This document shows, piece by piece, positions 29,040-38,723 of a stretch of DNA of 64,000 nucleotides. A program made the translations under genes and the position numbers. Source of the DNA: Myxococcota bacterium (lineage in GTDB: Bacteria > Myxococcota_A > Polyangia > Polyangiales > Houyiibacteriaceae); contig JBCCEA010000015.1 in assembly GCA_039030515.1 (NCBI GenBank), positions 1 to 64,000 of the forward strand, read 5' to 3'. How positions within the stretch are numbered: position 1 is the first letter of the stretch; every line of letters begins with the position of its first letter. Below the pieces are notes generated by a model. The model was not told the origin of the DNA and searched no databases. It worked only from the letters and a program-made list of their open reading frames with translations.

Positions 29040-31246
29040 TGCAAGACTCCAGGATGTTGCGCAGAAACCACATCGGAACGAGCAGCGGCCAAAGGTCCGA
29101 CCGACACGGCGGCACTTGGAGAACGCAGATGAACGCGAACCGTTTCTCCGTGGTCTATGATGCTCCCTGCTTCCGGGTATTGAGAGATGACGACTCCGGA
29201 ACCCTGAACTATCGGATTGAGATTTGCCTGGCTCAGGACGCCGAGGGCCGCACGGATCGACTTCCCCATCAAATCGGGGACAAGGCTCTTGGCCTCGTCT
29301 ATCGAATCACCGTGATCATCCTGAGGAGCTGCTGTAACTTTTTTTGCGGTCCTGGAGTGAAGTGCACTCATCCGGTTTCTTTTGCGGGCATCGTTGCGGT
29401 CGCGAAGCCAAGCATCGAGCGCTTGGCCCCCGTCTCCCCTAGCGATTCCCAGATGCTGCAGCGCAACATCTCCGACGCGCCGAAACACGGGTCCCGCCAC
29501 CAGTCCTCCGTAGTACGCCACCACAGGCTCGTCGACGACAACGACGATCACCAGCTGCGGATCTTGGGCAGGAACGAAGCCGGCAAAGGATGCAAGCCAT
29601 TTATCCTTTGCATAGCCTCCTCGCACGTAGTCCGCTTTCTGCGCAGTGCCGGTCTTGCCTGCAACGAGATAACCATCGATCGCGGCTTGATGACCCGTCC
29701 CGCCATCTCCGGTAACGGCCGTCATCATGTCTGCAACCAAACGAGCCACTCGACTTGAAACCACACGACGCTGCACTGAGGAAGCAAATTCTTGAACCAT
29801 CTCTCCCTCACTGTCGACGATACGACGGATGATTCGAGGCCGTAGTAGCCTGCCTCCATTCGCAAGCACGCTCATCGCGGTCGCCAGCTGGAGCGTGGTG
29901 ACACTCATCCCTTGACCGAAAGGAATCGTGGCCGCGTCCATCGCATACCAGCCGGAGTGATGACGGAGAATGCCTCCAGTCTCTCCGGGAACCGGTAAAC
30001 CTGTCACCTCACCAAAACCGAAGCGCCGGAGCGCGCGATAGAGCCCTGCCCTACCCAAGCTCGCCCCTATCTTTGCTGTACCGATATTGCTCGAGAACGC
30101 AAGAATTTCGGCTGGGGTGAGCTCGTCGTAGCGGTGGGAATCATGAATCGTGTACTCATCGACCTCCATCGCGCCATGTTCACAATCGATAAGCTGATCC
30201 GCTCGAACCGTCCGCTGGGCGAACGCTGCAGCGATCGTGAACGGCTTCACAGTCGACCCAGGCTCGTATCGATCGGTGACCGCTCGATTACGCCGGTGCT
30301 CCGCGGGCGCCCTTCCTGGCTGATTCGGATTGAAGGTGGGGTAGTTGGCGACTGCAAGCAGCTCACCCGTCTGCGGATCCATCACGACTACGCTGCCGGC
30401 TCTTGCCTCGAAGGTGCGAACCGCCAAGGAAATCTCTCGCTCTGCCACCCGCTGAATCGTTCGGTCGATCGTGAGGACAAGGTCGTCGCCCTGAGCCGCC
30501 CGATCGTCAAGAAGCTGCTCCGAAAACACGATGTTTCCCCGTCGATCACGAATCGCCGGAACCGCATGCACCGACCCGCGAAGATGCTGCTCAAACGAAA
30601 GCTCGATACCTTCGATTCCTTTGCCGTCCACGTTCGCGAATCCGAGCATGTGTGCTGCAAGTTCTCGGTTTGGATAGTACCTCCTCGCTTCGCCCTGAAT
30701 CGCAACGCCCGGGATTTCAAGCGCGCGGACTCGGGCGGACTGGGCAGGGGTAACGTGACGAGCGATCCACACGAAGTAGCGGTCTGACGCCAGTCGACGC
30801 CCAATGCGCTCCGTGTCGATAGAGGGGAGCACTTCAGACAAGGCCAGAGCTGCCTGCTGCGGATCGCCGCCCTTACTTCGAAGCATGCGCGGATTTGCCC
30901 AAACGCTATCCACTTCGACACTTACAGCCAGAGCCGATCCATTGCGATCGAAGATCGTGCCTCGCTTCGGTGCGAGTTGAATGCTCCGTAAGTACTGAGC
31001 TTCCGCCATTCGCTGCAGCCCGGGGGAATGAAGAACCTGCAGTTCGAAAGCACGATAGGAAACGGCAGCAGCCATCACGAGCAGCAAAAAGCCGAGACTG
31101 CCGACCCTCACCCGCAGCCATTTCTCCCTCGGGACTCGCCGCGTTTCCTCAGTGGAGGGCTTTACGGTCGCTCGAGTCTGCACGCCGGTTCCCTTGGCGC
31201 CCGTCGAGGAACCGCGATGGGACGGCGGTGGAACTCCGGCTTTCAA
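29036..31246 (-). CDS. ftsI: Penicillin-binding protein 3 (class B transpeptidase) with C-terminal PASTA domain
   Basis: RGTIFDRNG, RYYP, GIEGIE, EPGSTVK (SxxK), SSN, KTGT and VPDLMG PASTA-like tail. Confidence 0.97.
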   Translation of the reverse strand: MKAGVPPPSHRGSSTGAKGTGVQTRATVKPSTEETRRVPREKWLRVRVGSLGFLLLVMAAAVSYRAFELQVLHSPGLQRMAEAQYLRSIQLAPKRGTIFDRNGSALAVSVEVDSVWANPRMLRSKGGDPQQAALALSEVLPSIDTERIGRRLASDRYFVWIARHVTPAQSARVRALEIPGVAIQGEARRYYPNRELAAHMLGFANVDGKGIEGIELSFEQHLRGSVHAVPAIRDRRGNIVFSEQLLDDRAAQGDDLVLTIDRTIQRVAEREISLAVRTFEARAGSVVVMDPQTGELLAVANYPTFNPNQPGRAPAEHRRNRAVTDRYEPGSTVKPFTIAAAFAQRTVRADQLIDCEHGAMEVDEYTIHDSHRYDELTPAEILAFSSNIGTAKIGASLGRAGLYRALRRFGFGEVTGLPVPGETGGILRHHSGWYAMDAATIPFGQGMSVTTLQLATAMSVLANGGRLLRPRIIRRIVDSEGEMVQEFASSVQRRVVSSRVARLVADMMTAVTGDGGTGHQAAIDGYLVAGKTGTAQKADYVRGGYAKDKWLASFAGFVPAQDPQLVIVVVVDEPVVAYYGGLVAGPVFRRVGDVALQHLGIARGDGGQALDAWLRDRNDARKRNRMSALHSRTAKKVTAAPQDDHGDSIDEAKSLVPDLMGKSIRAALGVLSQANLNPIVQGSGVVISQYPEAGSIIDHGETVRVHLRSPSAAVSVGPLAAARSDVVSAQHPGVLQ

Positions 31247-31548
31247 CGAACGCTCCCGGCGGTTCGGCGCTGCCTCTTGGGGTCCATCGGGACCACGCGC
31301 GCCGCGGTCGGAACATCCATTCCGAGTCCGTACCGGGCGATGTACTCGATCCTATCCGTTTGCCTCAGGGTGGCGGCTTCGATGGCAAGCAGGCGCTGCT
31401 GTTCGATGAGCCTCCGCTGCTCGCGTCTGGCTTCTCCGACTTCGTAGCCAAGGCGGACGGTTTCAAATCGCAGTGCAAGATGCACCACAAACGCAGAACC
31501 AGTCGAGAGCACCGCAACCGCCCACAACAGCAGGAAGCGAGCCTTCAT
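31243..31548 (-). CDS. ftsL: Cell division protein FtsL
   Basis: TM plus coiled coil, RIEYIARYGLGM..P, located between rsmH and ftsI. Confidence 0.9.
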   Translation of the reverse strand: MKARFLLLWAVAVLSTGSAFVVHLALRFETVRLGYEVGEARREQRRLIEQQRLLAIEAATLRQTDRIEYIARYGLGMDVPTAARVVPMDPKRQRRTAGSVR

Positions 31549-32555
31549 CGAGACGTTCCCGGTATGAGGTCAGGAGCACGCAGTGCGGCACGCAATTTTG
31601 CGCTCCGAGCACGCCGATTGCGCACACATTCTTCTTCGGAGGGGGTGACTGGCTTCTTTGTAAGCGGCTTCAAACGGCCATCTTGACGAAACCCCCACTT
31701 GACGATGCGGTCTTCCAGCGAGTGAAAGCTGATAACGCAGAGCACCCCTGCTTGTCGAAGTAGGGCAGGTGCGCTCGCGAGCAGCATTTCAAGCTCTTCA
31801 AGCTCTTGATTGACCGCGATTCGCAATGCCTGAAACGTGCGCGTAGCCGAGTCGATACGGCCACGTCTCGTCCCGATGGCACGCCGCACGATATCGCTGA
31901 GGTGACCTGTCGTCTCGATTGGAGCGTCCTGTAGAGCGGACTTGATCGCCCGGGCAACGCGACGCGACTTTCGCTCTTCTCCAAACCTGTAGAGAACGTC
32001 TGCAAGCTCAGACTCTTCAAGTCGCACGATAAGCTCAGCTGCCGTCTCCCCCTGCGTCGGATCCATGCGCATATCGAGCGGTCCGTTCGCCGAGAAGCTA
32101 AAACCCCGAGCGCTAGAGTCGATCTGGGGTGAGCTCACTCCGACGTCCGCCAGAATTCCGCACACGGGACCCAGCTTGCGTTCCCGCAGCACCTCGGCGA
32201 GATCGCTGAAACGCGCATGCGCCGCTTCGAATCGGTCGCCGAACTCCGCGAGCCGCACGCGGGCGGCCTCAAGAGCATTTCGATCTCGGTCCAGGCCGAG
32301 CACTCTACCTGCCGGGCTACTCGCCCTCAGAATGGCCTCGGTATGTCCACCACCGCCAAGGGTCGCGTCTACAAAGAAGTCGCCTTGTGCTGGGTTCAGA
32401 GCATGCACGACCTCGGCCACCATCACCGTTTGATGCAGAAAACGCGGCTCGGCAGATTCAGGCGGCTCGGCGGGATCGGGTTCTGATCGTGCGCTGGGTC
32501 CGCAGTCCGCAGAACCCTCTTGATCGTCACTATCCGGATAAGAAGCGGCGCTCAT
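31545..32555 (-). CDS. rsmH: 16S rRNA m4C1402 methyltransferase
   Basis: HQTVM, DATLGGGGH, DVGVSSPQ, GPLDMRMD, FQALRIAVN, ISFHSLEDR and RSAKLR. Start at ATG 32555 overlaps the mraZ stop. Confidence 0.97.
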   Translation of the reverse strand: MSAASYPDSDDQEGSADCGPSARSEPDPAEPPESAEPRFLHQTVMVAEVVHALNPAQGDFFVDATLGGGGHTEAILRASSPAGRVLGLDRDRNALEAARVRLAEFGDRFEAAHARFSDLAEVLRERKLGPVCGILADVGVSSPQIDSSARGFSFSANGPLDMRMDPTQGETAAELIVRLEESELADVLYRFGEERKSRRVARAIKSALQDAPIETTGHLSDIVRRAIGTRRGRIDSATRTFQALRIAVNQELEELEMLLASAPALLRQAGVLCVISFHSLEDRIVKWGFRQDGRLKPLTKKPVTPSEEECVRNRRARSAKLRAALRAPDLIPGTSR

Positions 32556-33004
32556 AGCCCGAGCTCGGAAAGGCGAGATGCCAACTCCATGCGCTTTTCG
32601 TGATCGCAGAGAACCTTCTGCTGCATGGAGTCGAACCGCGTCTTGCACCAGAGTTCGACGTAGCCCCCCATGCCGGCCCAAAGCGCTTTGCGTTCGAGTC
32701 CCGCATGCGCCCTCAGCGTCTGTGGAATCAAGAGCCGACCCAGCTTGTCGATCTCGCACTCGACCGCTCCCGAGACATAGATCCGGCGCAACATAGAAAC
32801 GCTCGGATCGAATTGCGGCAGGGAGCTCAACCGCTCTTCGAACGCCGTCCACTCGGCCATGGGGTAAGCCACAAGACACGCTTCCAGGCCGGTCGTAAGC
32901 ACGAGTCGGCCATCCTCCAACGCCGAGAGCTCGTCCCGAAATCTGGAAGGGAGTGAAGTTCGCCCCTTTGCGTCGATGGCGTGTTCGTACCGTCCTCGAA
33001 ACAC
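32552..33004 (-). CDS. mraZ: Transcriptional regulator MraZ
   Basis: FRGRYEHAIDAKGRTSLP and a second DKLGRLLIP repeat. Confidence 0.98.
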   Translation of the reverse strand: MFRGRYEHAIDAKGRTSLPSRFRDELSALEDGRLVLTTGLEACLVAYPMAEWTAFEERLSSLPQFDPSVSMLRRIYVSGAVECEIDKLGRLLIPQTLRAHAGLERKALWAGMGGYVELWCKTRFDSMQQKVLCDHEKRMELASRLSELGL

Positions 33005-33024
33005 GTATCCCTAGCCGTTTCGAT

Positions 33025-33069
33025 CCACTGACCAGCACTGTTCTGACACTTATTACCACGAATTACCAC
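33025..33069 (-). promoter_or_regulatory. Putative MraZ operator: five GTG(G) boxes at 10-11 bp spacing
   Basis: Minus strand reads aGTGGtaattcGTGGtaataaGTGTcagaacaGTGCtggtcaGTGG. Boxes at 33066-69, 33056-59, 33046-49, 33035-38 and 33025-28. MraZ is known to bind phased GTG/TGG repeats upstream of its own gene. Confidence 0.7.
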
Positions 33070-33080
33070 TGCAGAGTCGG

Positions 33081-33110
33081 AAGGTACGTCGCGGTGCAGC
33101 ACGATGTCAA
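33081..33110 (-). promoter_or_regulatory. Sigma70-type promoter of the dcw operon
   Basis: TTGACA (33110-33105), 18-nt spacer, TACCTT (33086-33081), just upstream of the MraZ boxes. Confidence 0.6.
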
Positions 33111-33158
33111 CTTATCAATTTCGGTACATGAGGCTGAAATTACTGATGCTTTGCGACG

Positions 33159-33620
33159 ATGAAGCCGAAGCGAGTCACTTCTAGAAAAGCACCAAGGGTT
33201 GCGCCCCCGAGTCGCCAATTGGATGCTCCACGTGATTCGCGAAGACCGCGGAGGAACACGGTGCACCAAACGGAGACGGGCGAAGACGTCCTCGATGAAG
33301 CGTGGAGTCGGCTTGAGCAGCAGTGGAACGACGAGAAGGCGCACGAATCCTTTCTCGGTCTGTGCGTCAGCCTCGATAGGCTTGCGGAAGCGGGAAAACG
33401 CTATCGTCAGGTGCGAGATACCCAAACAGATCGACGCGCCGAGGCAGAAAAACGAATGCAGCGGCTCATCGCGATCACGATGGCGCAAATGCAGGCAAGC
33501 AAAACACCGAGCGAGAGGGCAGAGCCATCACGAAGGCGTCTGCGCGTCGTGGCCTTTGTCTTCGCGTTTGTATTGGTCGGACTCTCTCTGCTGGCACTGA
33601 CCCAAATGGCGTCTCACTGA
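33159..33620 (+). CDS. Hypothetical protein with a C-terminal membrane anchor
   Basis: Helical W...W.D..AH..F...C....L..AG.RYR segment and a C-terminal TM. Fills the intergenic space. Start uncertain. Confidence 0.65.
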   Translation: MKPKRVTSRKAPRVAPPSRQLDAPRDSRRPRRNTVHQTETGEDVLDEAWSRLEQQWNDEKAHESFLGLCVSLDRLAEAGKRYRQVRDTQTDRRAEAEKRMQRLIAITMAQMQASKTPSERAEPSRRRLRVVAFVFAFVLVGLSLLALTQMASH

Positions 33621-33680
33621 ACCGGAACCACAAATGAACCAGAGTCGCGATGATTCCCCGCGCAACGGGAAATCCGCTGA

Positions 33681-33709
33681 TGGACACGCTGCTCTCACAG
33701 CCGTAGCAT
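33681..33709 (+). promoter_or_regulatory. Possible sigma70 promoter for the GTPase-kinase operon
   Basis: TGGACA, 17-nt spacer, TAGCAT, about 40 nt upstream of ATG 33752. Confidence 0.3.
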
Positions 33710-33751
33710 AATATTATCTAGCCGAACGATGCTCGTGATACGCTCTTGCTC

Positions 33752-34432
33752 ATGCAGCTCGACTTCAAGGCGCGGGAGCTGACGGTAAAACTGGTCTACT
33801 ACGGACCGGCACTCAGTGGCAAAACGACCAATCTGCAGGCAATCCATCGACTGGTATCCGCTGAGGCCACCGGGCGACTGATGACCCTTGAAACTCAGGA
33901 CGATCGAACACTCTTCTTCGACCTGCTTCCGCTAACCTTCAAAAGTAAAGACTCCGGTCCGCAGGTACGCATCAAGCTGTTCACCGTACCAGGTCAGGTG
34001 ATGCACAACGCGACCCGTCGACTTGTGCTTCAAGGAGCGGACGGCATCGCTTTTGTCGCTGACTCCCAAAAGAGCGAGACCCGCGCGAACCAAGTGGCGT
34101 TCCGCAATATGCTCGACAATTTAAAGGAGCAGGGACTCGATCCCAACCAGCTTCCCAAGGTCGTACAGTTCAACAAGCGAGATCTGCCTGAAATAAGGCC
34201 CGACGAAGAAATCGATCGTTTGGCGGCCAAAGGGGAGGAACCCGTATTCAAAGCGATCGCGCTCCGAGGAATCGGAGTGCGGGAAACCTTCCTCGGCTTG
34301 TTCGAGCGCGTTTGGTGGAAGCTCGAGGAGGCCCATGCGCTGAAGGAGAAGTTCGGACTGGATCCGAACCAGTTTCTGCAAGAAGTCGCCTCGCGTCTGG
34401 CTCCCCCCGAGCAAACCGGAGTCGTTCCGTGA
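33752..34432 (+). CDS. MglA-family small Ras-like GTPase (SofG-like paralog)
   Basis: KLVYYGPALSGKTTNL (G1), RTLFFD (G2 with intrinsic Arg), TVPGQ (G3), NKRD (G4) and an extra C-terminal helix. No mglB adjacent. Confidence 0.93.
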   Translation: MQLDFKARELTVKLVYYGPALSGKTTNLQAIHRLVSAEATGRLMTLETQDDRTLFFDLLPLTFKSKDSGPQVRIKLFTVPGQVMHNATRRLVLQGADGIAFVADSQKSETRANQVAFRNMLDNLKEQGLDPNQLPKVVQFNKRDLPEIRPDEEIDRLAAKGEEPVFKAIALRGIGVRETFLGLFERVWWKLEEAHALKEKFGLDPNQFLQEVASRLAPPEQTGVVP

Positions 34433-35826
34433 GCGCCTCTGCCGTCATCGACCTGAAACTTGGAGATCTTCGTCGACTCGAAGAGGTCGCCGATCGGGAA
34501 GCTCTTTCGCAGCTCTGCAGATCCTTCTTTGAACTCTTCGGACTCTCGATTCGGGTGTTCTCCGAGGGCGGAGCCTTGCTCGCGGACGTCCATGAGGAGC
34601 GTTCGATATGCCGATACGTCAATACCCTGCCTGGCGGTCGTAGAAGCTGCGCCGCCACGGTTGGAGAAGTGAAGGGCCTGAGACCAAACGCTACGGCAGT
34701 TCATCCCTGCTTTACGGGCGCGGTGTATCGCGTCACCCCCATCGAGTACCAGGGGCGGCAGGTTGGTCGCGTGGTGATCGGACCGTACCTACCGATAGAG
34801 ACCGGGCAGGTACCCAAGTCCTTACTGGTGGTGGATCCCGAGGTCCAAAGCGAAGAGGCCCGCCGCCATCTTGAAGAAATGCCGCGAGTTCGCGCGGAGA
34901 CGGCGATCCGTATCGGTGAGCACCTGAGGGGTATCGTCGACCTACTGCTCTTCGCGAGTCATCGGGCGCACCTCACAAGCGAAATGCACATCGCAAGCGT
35001 TCGAGAATCGTATCGAGAGCTCACTGAAAAAACCGAGCGTCTCCAGCAAGCCTTCGATCAGCTCAAAGAACTCGACCGGCTGAAGTCCAACTTCCTCGCT
35101 ACGGTGAGCCACGAGCTACGCACCCCACTCACCTCGATTATCGGTTATTCAGAGATGCTCGCCAGTGGAATGGCGGGTGAGCTCAACCAGGAGCAGCTCG
35201 AGTTTGCGGAGACGATCCATACGAAGGGAGATCATCTCCTCGAGCTGATCAGCAGTCTGCTCGACCTGAGCAAGCTCGAGCAGGGGTCGCTCAAGTTGGC
35301 GCGTCGAGAGGTCACCCCGTCCGATATTCTGCACGACGTGGCGACTACGCTGATACCTCGAGCCTCAAAGAAAAACATCAGGGTCCAGGTGGAGAGCGCG
35401 GAACATGTAGGAACGGTCAGTGGGGATCCCGTTCGTATTCGACAGATCCTGTCCAACTTGGGCGACAACGCGCTGAAGTTCACGCCAGAGGGGGGCACCG
35501 TATTTCTCTCTGCCGGCACGACGGAGCTCGACGACCACGAAGACGGAGGAAGTGGACACGTTCTTTTTGGTGCCAGCCGACCAGCAGTAGAATTTGTGGT
35601 CCGGGATACCGGGATGGGGATCCCCAAGGGGGAGTTACCCCGAATCTTCAACGCCTTTTATCAAGTAGATGGGAGCTCAACTCGTGAACACGGAGGCGTT
35701 GGACTCGGTCTGTCTATCGTTCAACGACTGACCGAAGCTCATGAGGGGACCATTGCGGTCGAAAGCGAGGTCGGCGCGGGAACCACCTTTCGAGTAGTGC
35801 TCCCCGAACAGCCGACGGAGGGCTAA
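34429..35826 (+). CDS. Cytoplasmic sensor histidine kinase with a PocR-type N-terminal domain
   Basis: N-terminal L..L...F..LFGL...ICRY...C...HPCFTG...PI PocR pattern, H-box FLATVSHELRTPL, N-box NALKFT, DTGMGI and GVGLGL. No TM. GTG start overlaps the GTPase stop. Confidence 0.92.
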   Translation: MSASAVIDLKLGDLRRLEEVADREALSQLCRSFFELFGLSIRVFSEGGALLADVHEERSICRYVNTLPGGRRSCAATVGEVKGLRPNATAVHPCFTGAVYRVTPIEYQGRQVGRVVIGPYLPIETGQVPKSLLVVDPEVQSEEARRHLEEMPRVRAETAIRIGEHLRGIVDLLLFASHRAHLTSEMHIASVRESYRELTEKTERLQQAFDQLKELDRLKSNFLATVSHELRTPLTSIIGYSEMLASGMAGELNQEQLEFAETIHTKGDHLLELISSLLDLSKLEQGSLKLARREVTPSDILHDVATTLIPRASKKNIRVQVESAEHVGTVSGDPVRIRQILSNLGDNALKFTPEGGTVFLSAGTTELDDHEDGGSGHVLFGASRPAVEFVVRDTGMGIPKGELPRIFNAFYQVDGSSTREHGGVGLGLSIVQRLTEAHEGTIAVESEVGAGTTFRVVLPEQPTEG

Positions 35827-35894
35827 AGTGCAGCTCGGTCTGAGCAGGTCTCGATCGGCTTGACCACTGAAACGCATCACTCCAGTTCTCTGGA

Positions 35895-36878
35895 ATGTCT
35901 AACTTTTCTCACAAGACTCCGCAGACTGGCGAGTTTGAACGAATCTCAAAGATTCGAGAGAAAACAGATCGAGACTCTGCGTTTGTGCGACTCGGAAATG
36001 GCGACGACAGCGCCGTGCTACAGCAGCTCTCCTTTCCGGTAGTGAGTGTCGATACCCAAGTGGAAGAGGTTCACTTTCGTTCACGCTGGCTCACCGACGC
36101 CATGCTTGGAAGACGAGCAGTAGTCGCTGCCGCAAGCGATCTTTTTGCGATGGGTGCAGCCCCTCGAGCACTGCTCGTCTCATTGATCCTACCGGAACAA
36201 ATTGACGACGATCGCCTTGTGCAACTGGCGGAGGGGCTTGCGAAAGGGGCAGACGACGTCGGAGCGTCGATCGTTGGCGGGAATTTATCATGCGGCAAGC
36301 AATTTTCGATCACCACGACGGTCATGGGAGATTTGCTCGACCCCAAAAAGATCGGCGGTCGTCACGGAGCGGCACCGAACGACGGAGTCTACATCACCTT
36401 CGTTCCAGGTGAGGCGGCGCTCGGACTGGCCTTCTTGCTTGCGGAAACCGAGCCTACGTGCGTTTCGCTAGCGCAGCCCTTCATGGACCGCTGGCGGACC
36501 CCACCCGTGCAGCGTGAGGAGAGCGCGGCGGTCCTCCCCTTTGCCGGGGCGATGATCGATGTGTCTGACGGTTTGGTCCAAGACTTGAACCACATTCTCA
36601 AGGCAAGCGAGGTTACTGCAGAGCTCGAGGTCGCAAAGTTCCCGACATCAAACGACTTCAAAGCCGCGTGTGCCTCCCTCGGAAGCAACCCCTTGGAACT
36701 GATGCTTCACGGAGGTGAGACCTACGGGCTGCTCTTCACGTCAACGCAGAGTCCTCCGATAGGAACCCGAATCGGAACCATCACCCAAGGGGTCCCAAGC
36801 ACCCTCATACTGCCGTCAGGACACCGTCATCCACTCCCAACCGAGGCGGGACACGATCACTTCAAGCAGCGTGATTAG
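35895..36878 (+). CDS. thiL: Thiamine-monophosphate kinase
   Basis: GEFERI, GDDSAV, SDLFAMGA, IVGGN, AMIDVSDGL, GGE.Y.L and GHDHF. Confidence 0.95.
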   Translation: MSNFSHKTPQTGEFERISKIREKTDRDSAFVRLGNGDDSAVLQQLSFPVVSVDTQVEEVHFRSRWLTDAMLGRRAVVAAASDLFAMGAAPRALLVSLILPEQIDDDRLVQLAEGLAKGADDVGASIVGGNLSCGKQFSITTTVMGDLLDPKKIGGRHGAAPNDGVYITFVPGEAALGLAFLLAETEPTCVSLAQPFMDRWRTPPVQREESAAVLPFAGAMIDVSDGLVQDLNHILKASEVTAELEVAKFPTSNDFKAACASLGSNPLELMLHGGETYGLLFTSTQSPPIGTRIGTITQGVPSTLILPSGHRHPLPTEAGHDHFKQRD

Positions 36879-37038
36879 CTTTTGATACGCCTTAAGGAGC
36901 CCAGCGATGCGCTAAGCGTCGCTTCGTTAGGGCGAGGGCCGCACGCCGGGGCGCAAGACGCGAGGGGACCGAATAGCCATCGCTTTGTGGGATGCAGGAC
37001 TAGCCCGATCTCCGACAAACCCGTACCATAAGGGCGAA

Positions 37039-38691
37039 GTGGCCACTGCTGGCGACGTTATCGATGGCAAGTACCATCTCACGCGACTTATCGCTGAGGG
37101 TGGCATGGGCTTGGTGTTCTCCGCGAGTCATCTCGTTACAAAGGAAGACCTTTGCCTGAAACTGCTGAACCATTCGAGCTCGCTTTCGGACGCGAGCGCA
37201 ACTCGCTTTCGACTGGAGGCAAGCGTATCCGCGACGTTGCGCCATGAGGGGATCATCAAGGTCTTCGACGCAGGGTACGATCGGGCGAACAAAATCCTCT
37301 ATCTGGCGATGGAGCTTCTCGATGGGGAGAGCTTGGAAGCGCGTCTTGCACGACCTGAAACCACCCGAGCAGAAGCCGTTGAGTTGGTGCGCCAATCCCT
37401 CGATCCGGTGGCGAGCGCGCACCAAAGCGGAGTGGTGCACCGCGACATTAAGCCTGCAAACCTCTTCGTTCAGCGCCTACCCGATGGAAGTGAGCGCATG
37501 AAGGTGCTCGACTTCGGAATCGCACGCCAAATCGAGGGACCTTCGGCAACCTCAACTGGAGTGGGCTTCGGCACGGCCTACTACATGAGTCCGGAGCAGG
37601 CCAAGGACGCCAAAAGCGCCGGACCCACGAGCGACATATGGTCTTTTGGCGTGATCCTTTACGAGGTGCTCACGGGAGGATTGCCTTTCGAAGGTCCGAG
37701 CGCGACGGGGGTGATCATCGCGGTCGCAACCGAGCACCACATTCCCATCCGTAGCCGCCTACCCTCGATACCAGACTCGCTGGCTGGCGTGGTGGAGCAG
37801 TGTCTGGACAAGAGCCCAAGTCAGCGCCCCGAAAACGCTGGTGTGCTCTACAGGCAGCTCACGTCAGTCTTGAATGAGACGTCGGTCAAGGATTTCTTTA
37901 CTGAGATGTCCTGTATGCCTGTAGTGAAAAGACAGGCAAACCGCATCGGCTACAGGGAAACAGAAGACGATCTGTCGATGCGAACTTGGGTCGACCCAAA
38001 CCCCAGAAGAAATATTCCTCTTCAGAGAATAAAGTTAAGATTCAGTGCCCTAGCCCTCATCGCTCTATGCGCCGTCGCCGTAGGACTGTACTTTGGACTC
38101 GCAGGGAGAGACAGCGTCACCACGTCTACCCCGATTCGCGGCTTCACGCCGGAACCCAGATCCGAACAAACCGCCGCTGAGGAAGAACTCGAACCGGAGC
38201 GCCTGATCTCTTCCGCCGGCAAGCAGGCTAGTGAAGAAAAGAACCGCTCGTCGGTCCCGAAGAAGGCGACCTCAGGTCAAAGACCCGAATCCGCTGAGGT
38301 GACGCCACACAAAACCTCGGGCAGATCGACCTTGGAGCGACGACGTTCGGAACGATACACGCCCGTTAAGACCACAACACCTTCGAGCGCAGTCCGCAGC
38401 AGAAGACGTGCTGAGCGATCCCCTTCCACCTCTCAAAACGCACGATCGCTTCACGCGGGGGCTGGAAGTGGAGAACCGCCAGACGCCGATCGAGTGCCCG
38501 CGCGTAGGCAGACTGATGAAGAGGCCCAAAGAGGAACGGACAACGCCGCAGAGCAGCGCGAGACTCGGAGATCGCCTGCTACGAGCAGCAGCGTTCGATC
38601 GACCACCAATGCGCGGCCCGCTCCAGCCGCCAACCCCGGGGTGTTGCTGGGCCTCGATCAGTTCGACAACCAACTAGAGCAACGTCGCTAA
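37039..38691 (+). CDS. Membrane-anchored Hanks-type Ser/Thr protein kinase
   Basis: EGGMGLVF, HRDIKPAN, DFGIA, YMSPEQ, DIWSFG, a TM segment and a long low-complexity tail. Start set at GTG 37039. Confidence 0.95.
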   Translation: MATAGDVIDGKYHLTRLIAEGGMGLVFSASHLVTKEDLCLKLLNHSSSLSDASATRFRLEASVSATLRHEGIIKVFDAGYDRANKILYLAMELLDGESLEARLARPETTRAEAVELVRQSLDPVASAHQSGVVHRDIKPANLFVQRLPDGSERMKVLDFGIARQIEGPSATSTGVGFGTAYYMSPEQAKDAKSAGPTSDIWSFGVILYEVLTGGLPFEGPSATGVIIAVATEHHIPIRSRLPSIPDSLAGVVEQCLDKSPSQRPENAGVLYRQLTSVLNETSVKDFFTEMSCMPVVKRQANRIGYRETEDDLSMRTWVDPNPRRNIPLQRIKLRFSALALIALCAVAVGLYFGLAGRDSVTTSTPIRGFTPEPRSEQTAAEEELEPERLISSAGKQASEEKNRSSVPKKATSGQRPESAEVTPHKTSGRSTLERRRSERYTPVKTTTPSSAVRSRRRAERSPSTSQNARSLHAGAGSGEPPDADRVPARRQTDEEAQRGTDNAAEQRETRRSPATSSSVRSTTNARPAPAANPGVLLGLDQFDNQLEQRR

Positions 38692-38723
38692 CCACGAAGG
38701 ATCTTACTGTAGACTGCTACTGT

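Noticed and set aside
32556..33059. 504-aa RsmH with a long N-terminal domain
   Set aside because: The extension overlaps mraZ in another frame; the ATG at 32555 coupled to the mraZ stop is the likely start.
34312..34428. N-terminal extension of the histidine kinase in the ORF track
   Set aside because: It overlaps the GTPase gene; GTG 34429 (GTGA coupling) is a better start.
33752..34432. Calling the GTPase mglA itself
   Set aside because: No adjacent mglB, a different N-terminus and an extra C-terminal helix point to a paralog; symbol withheld.
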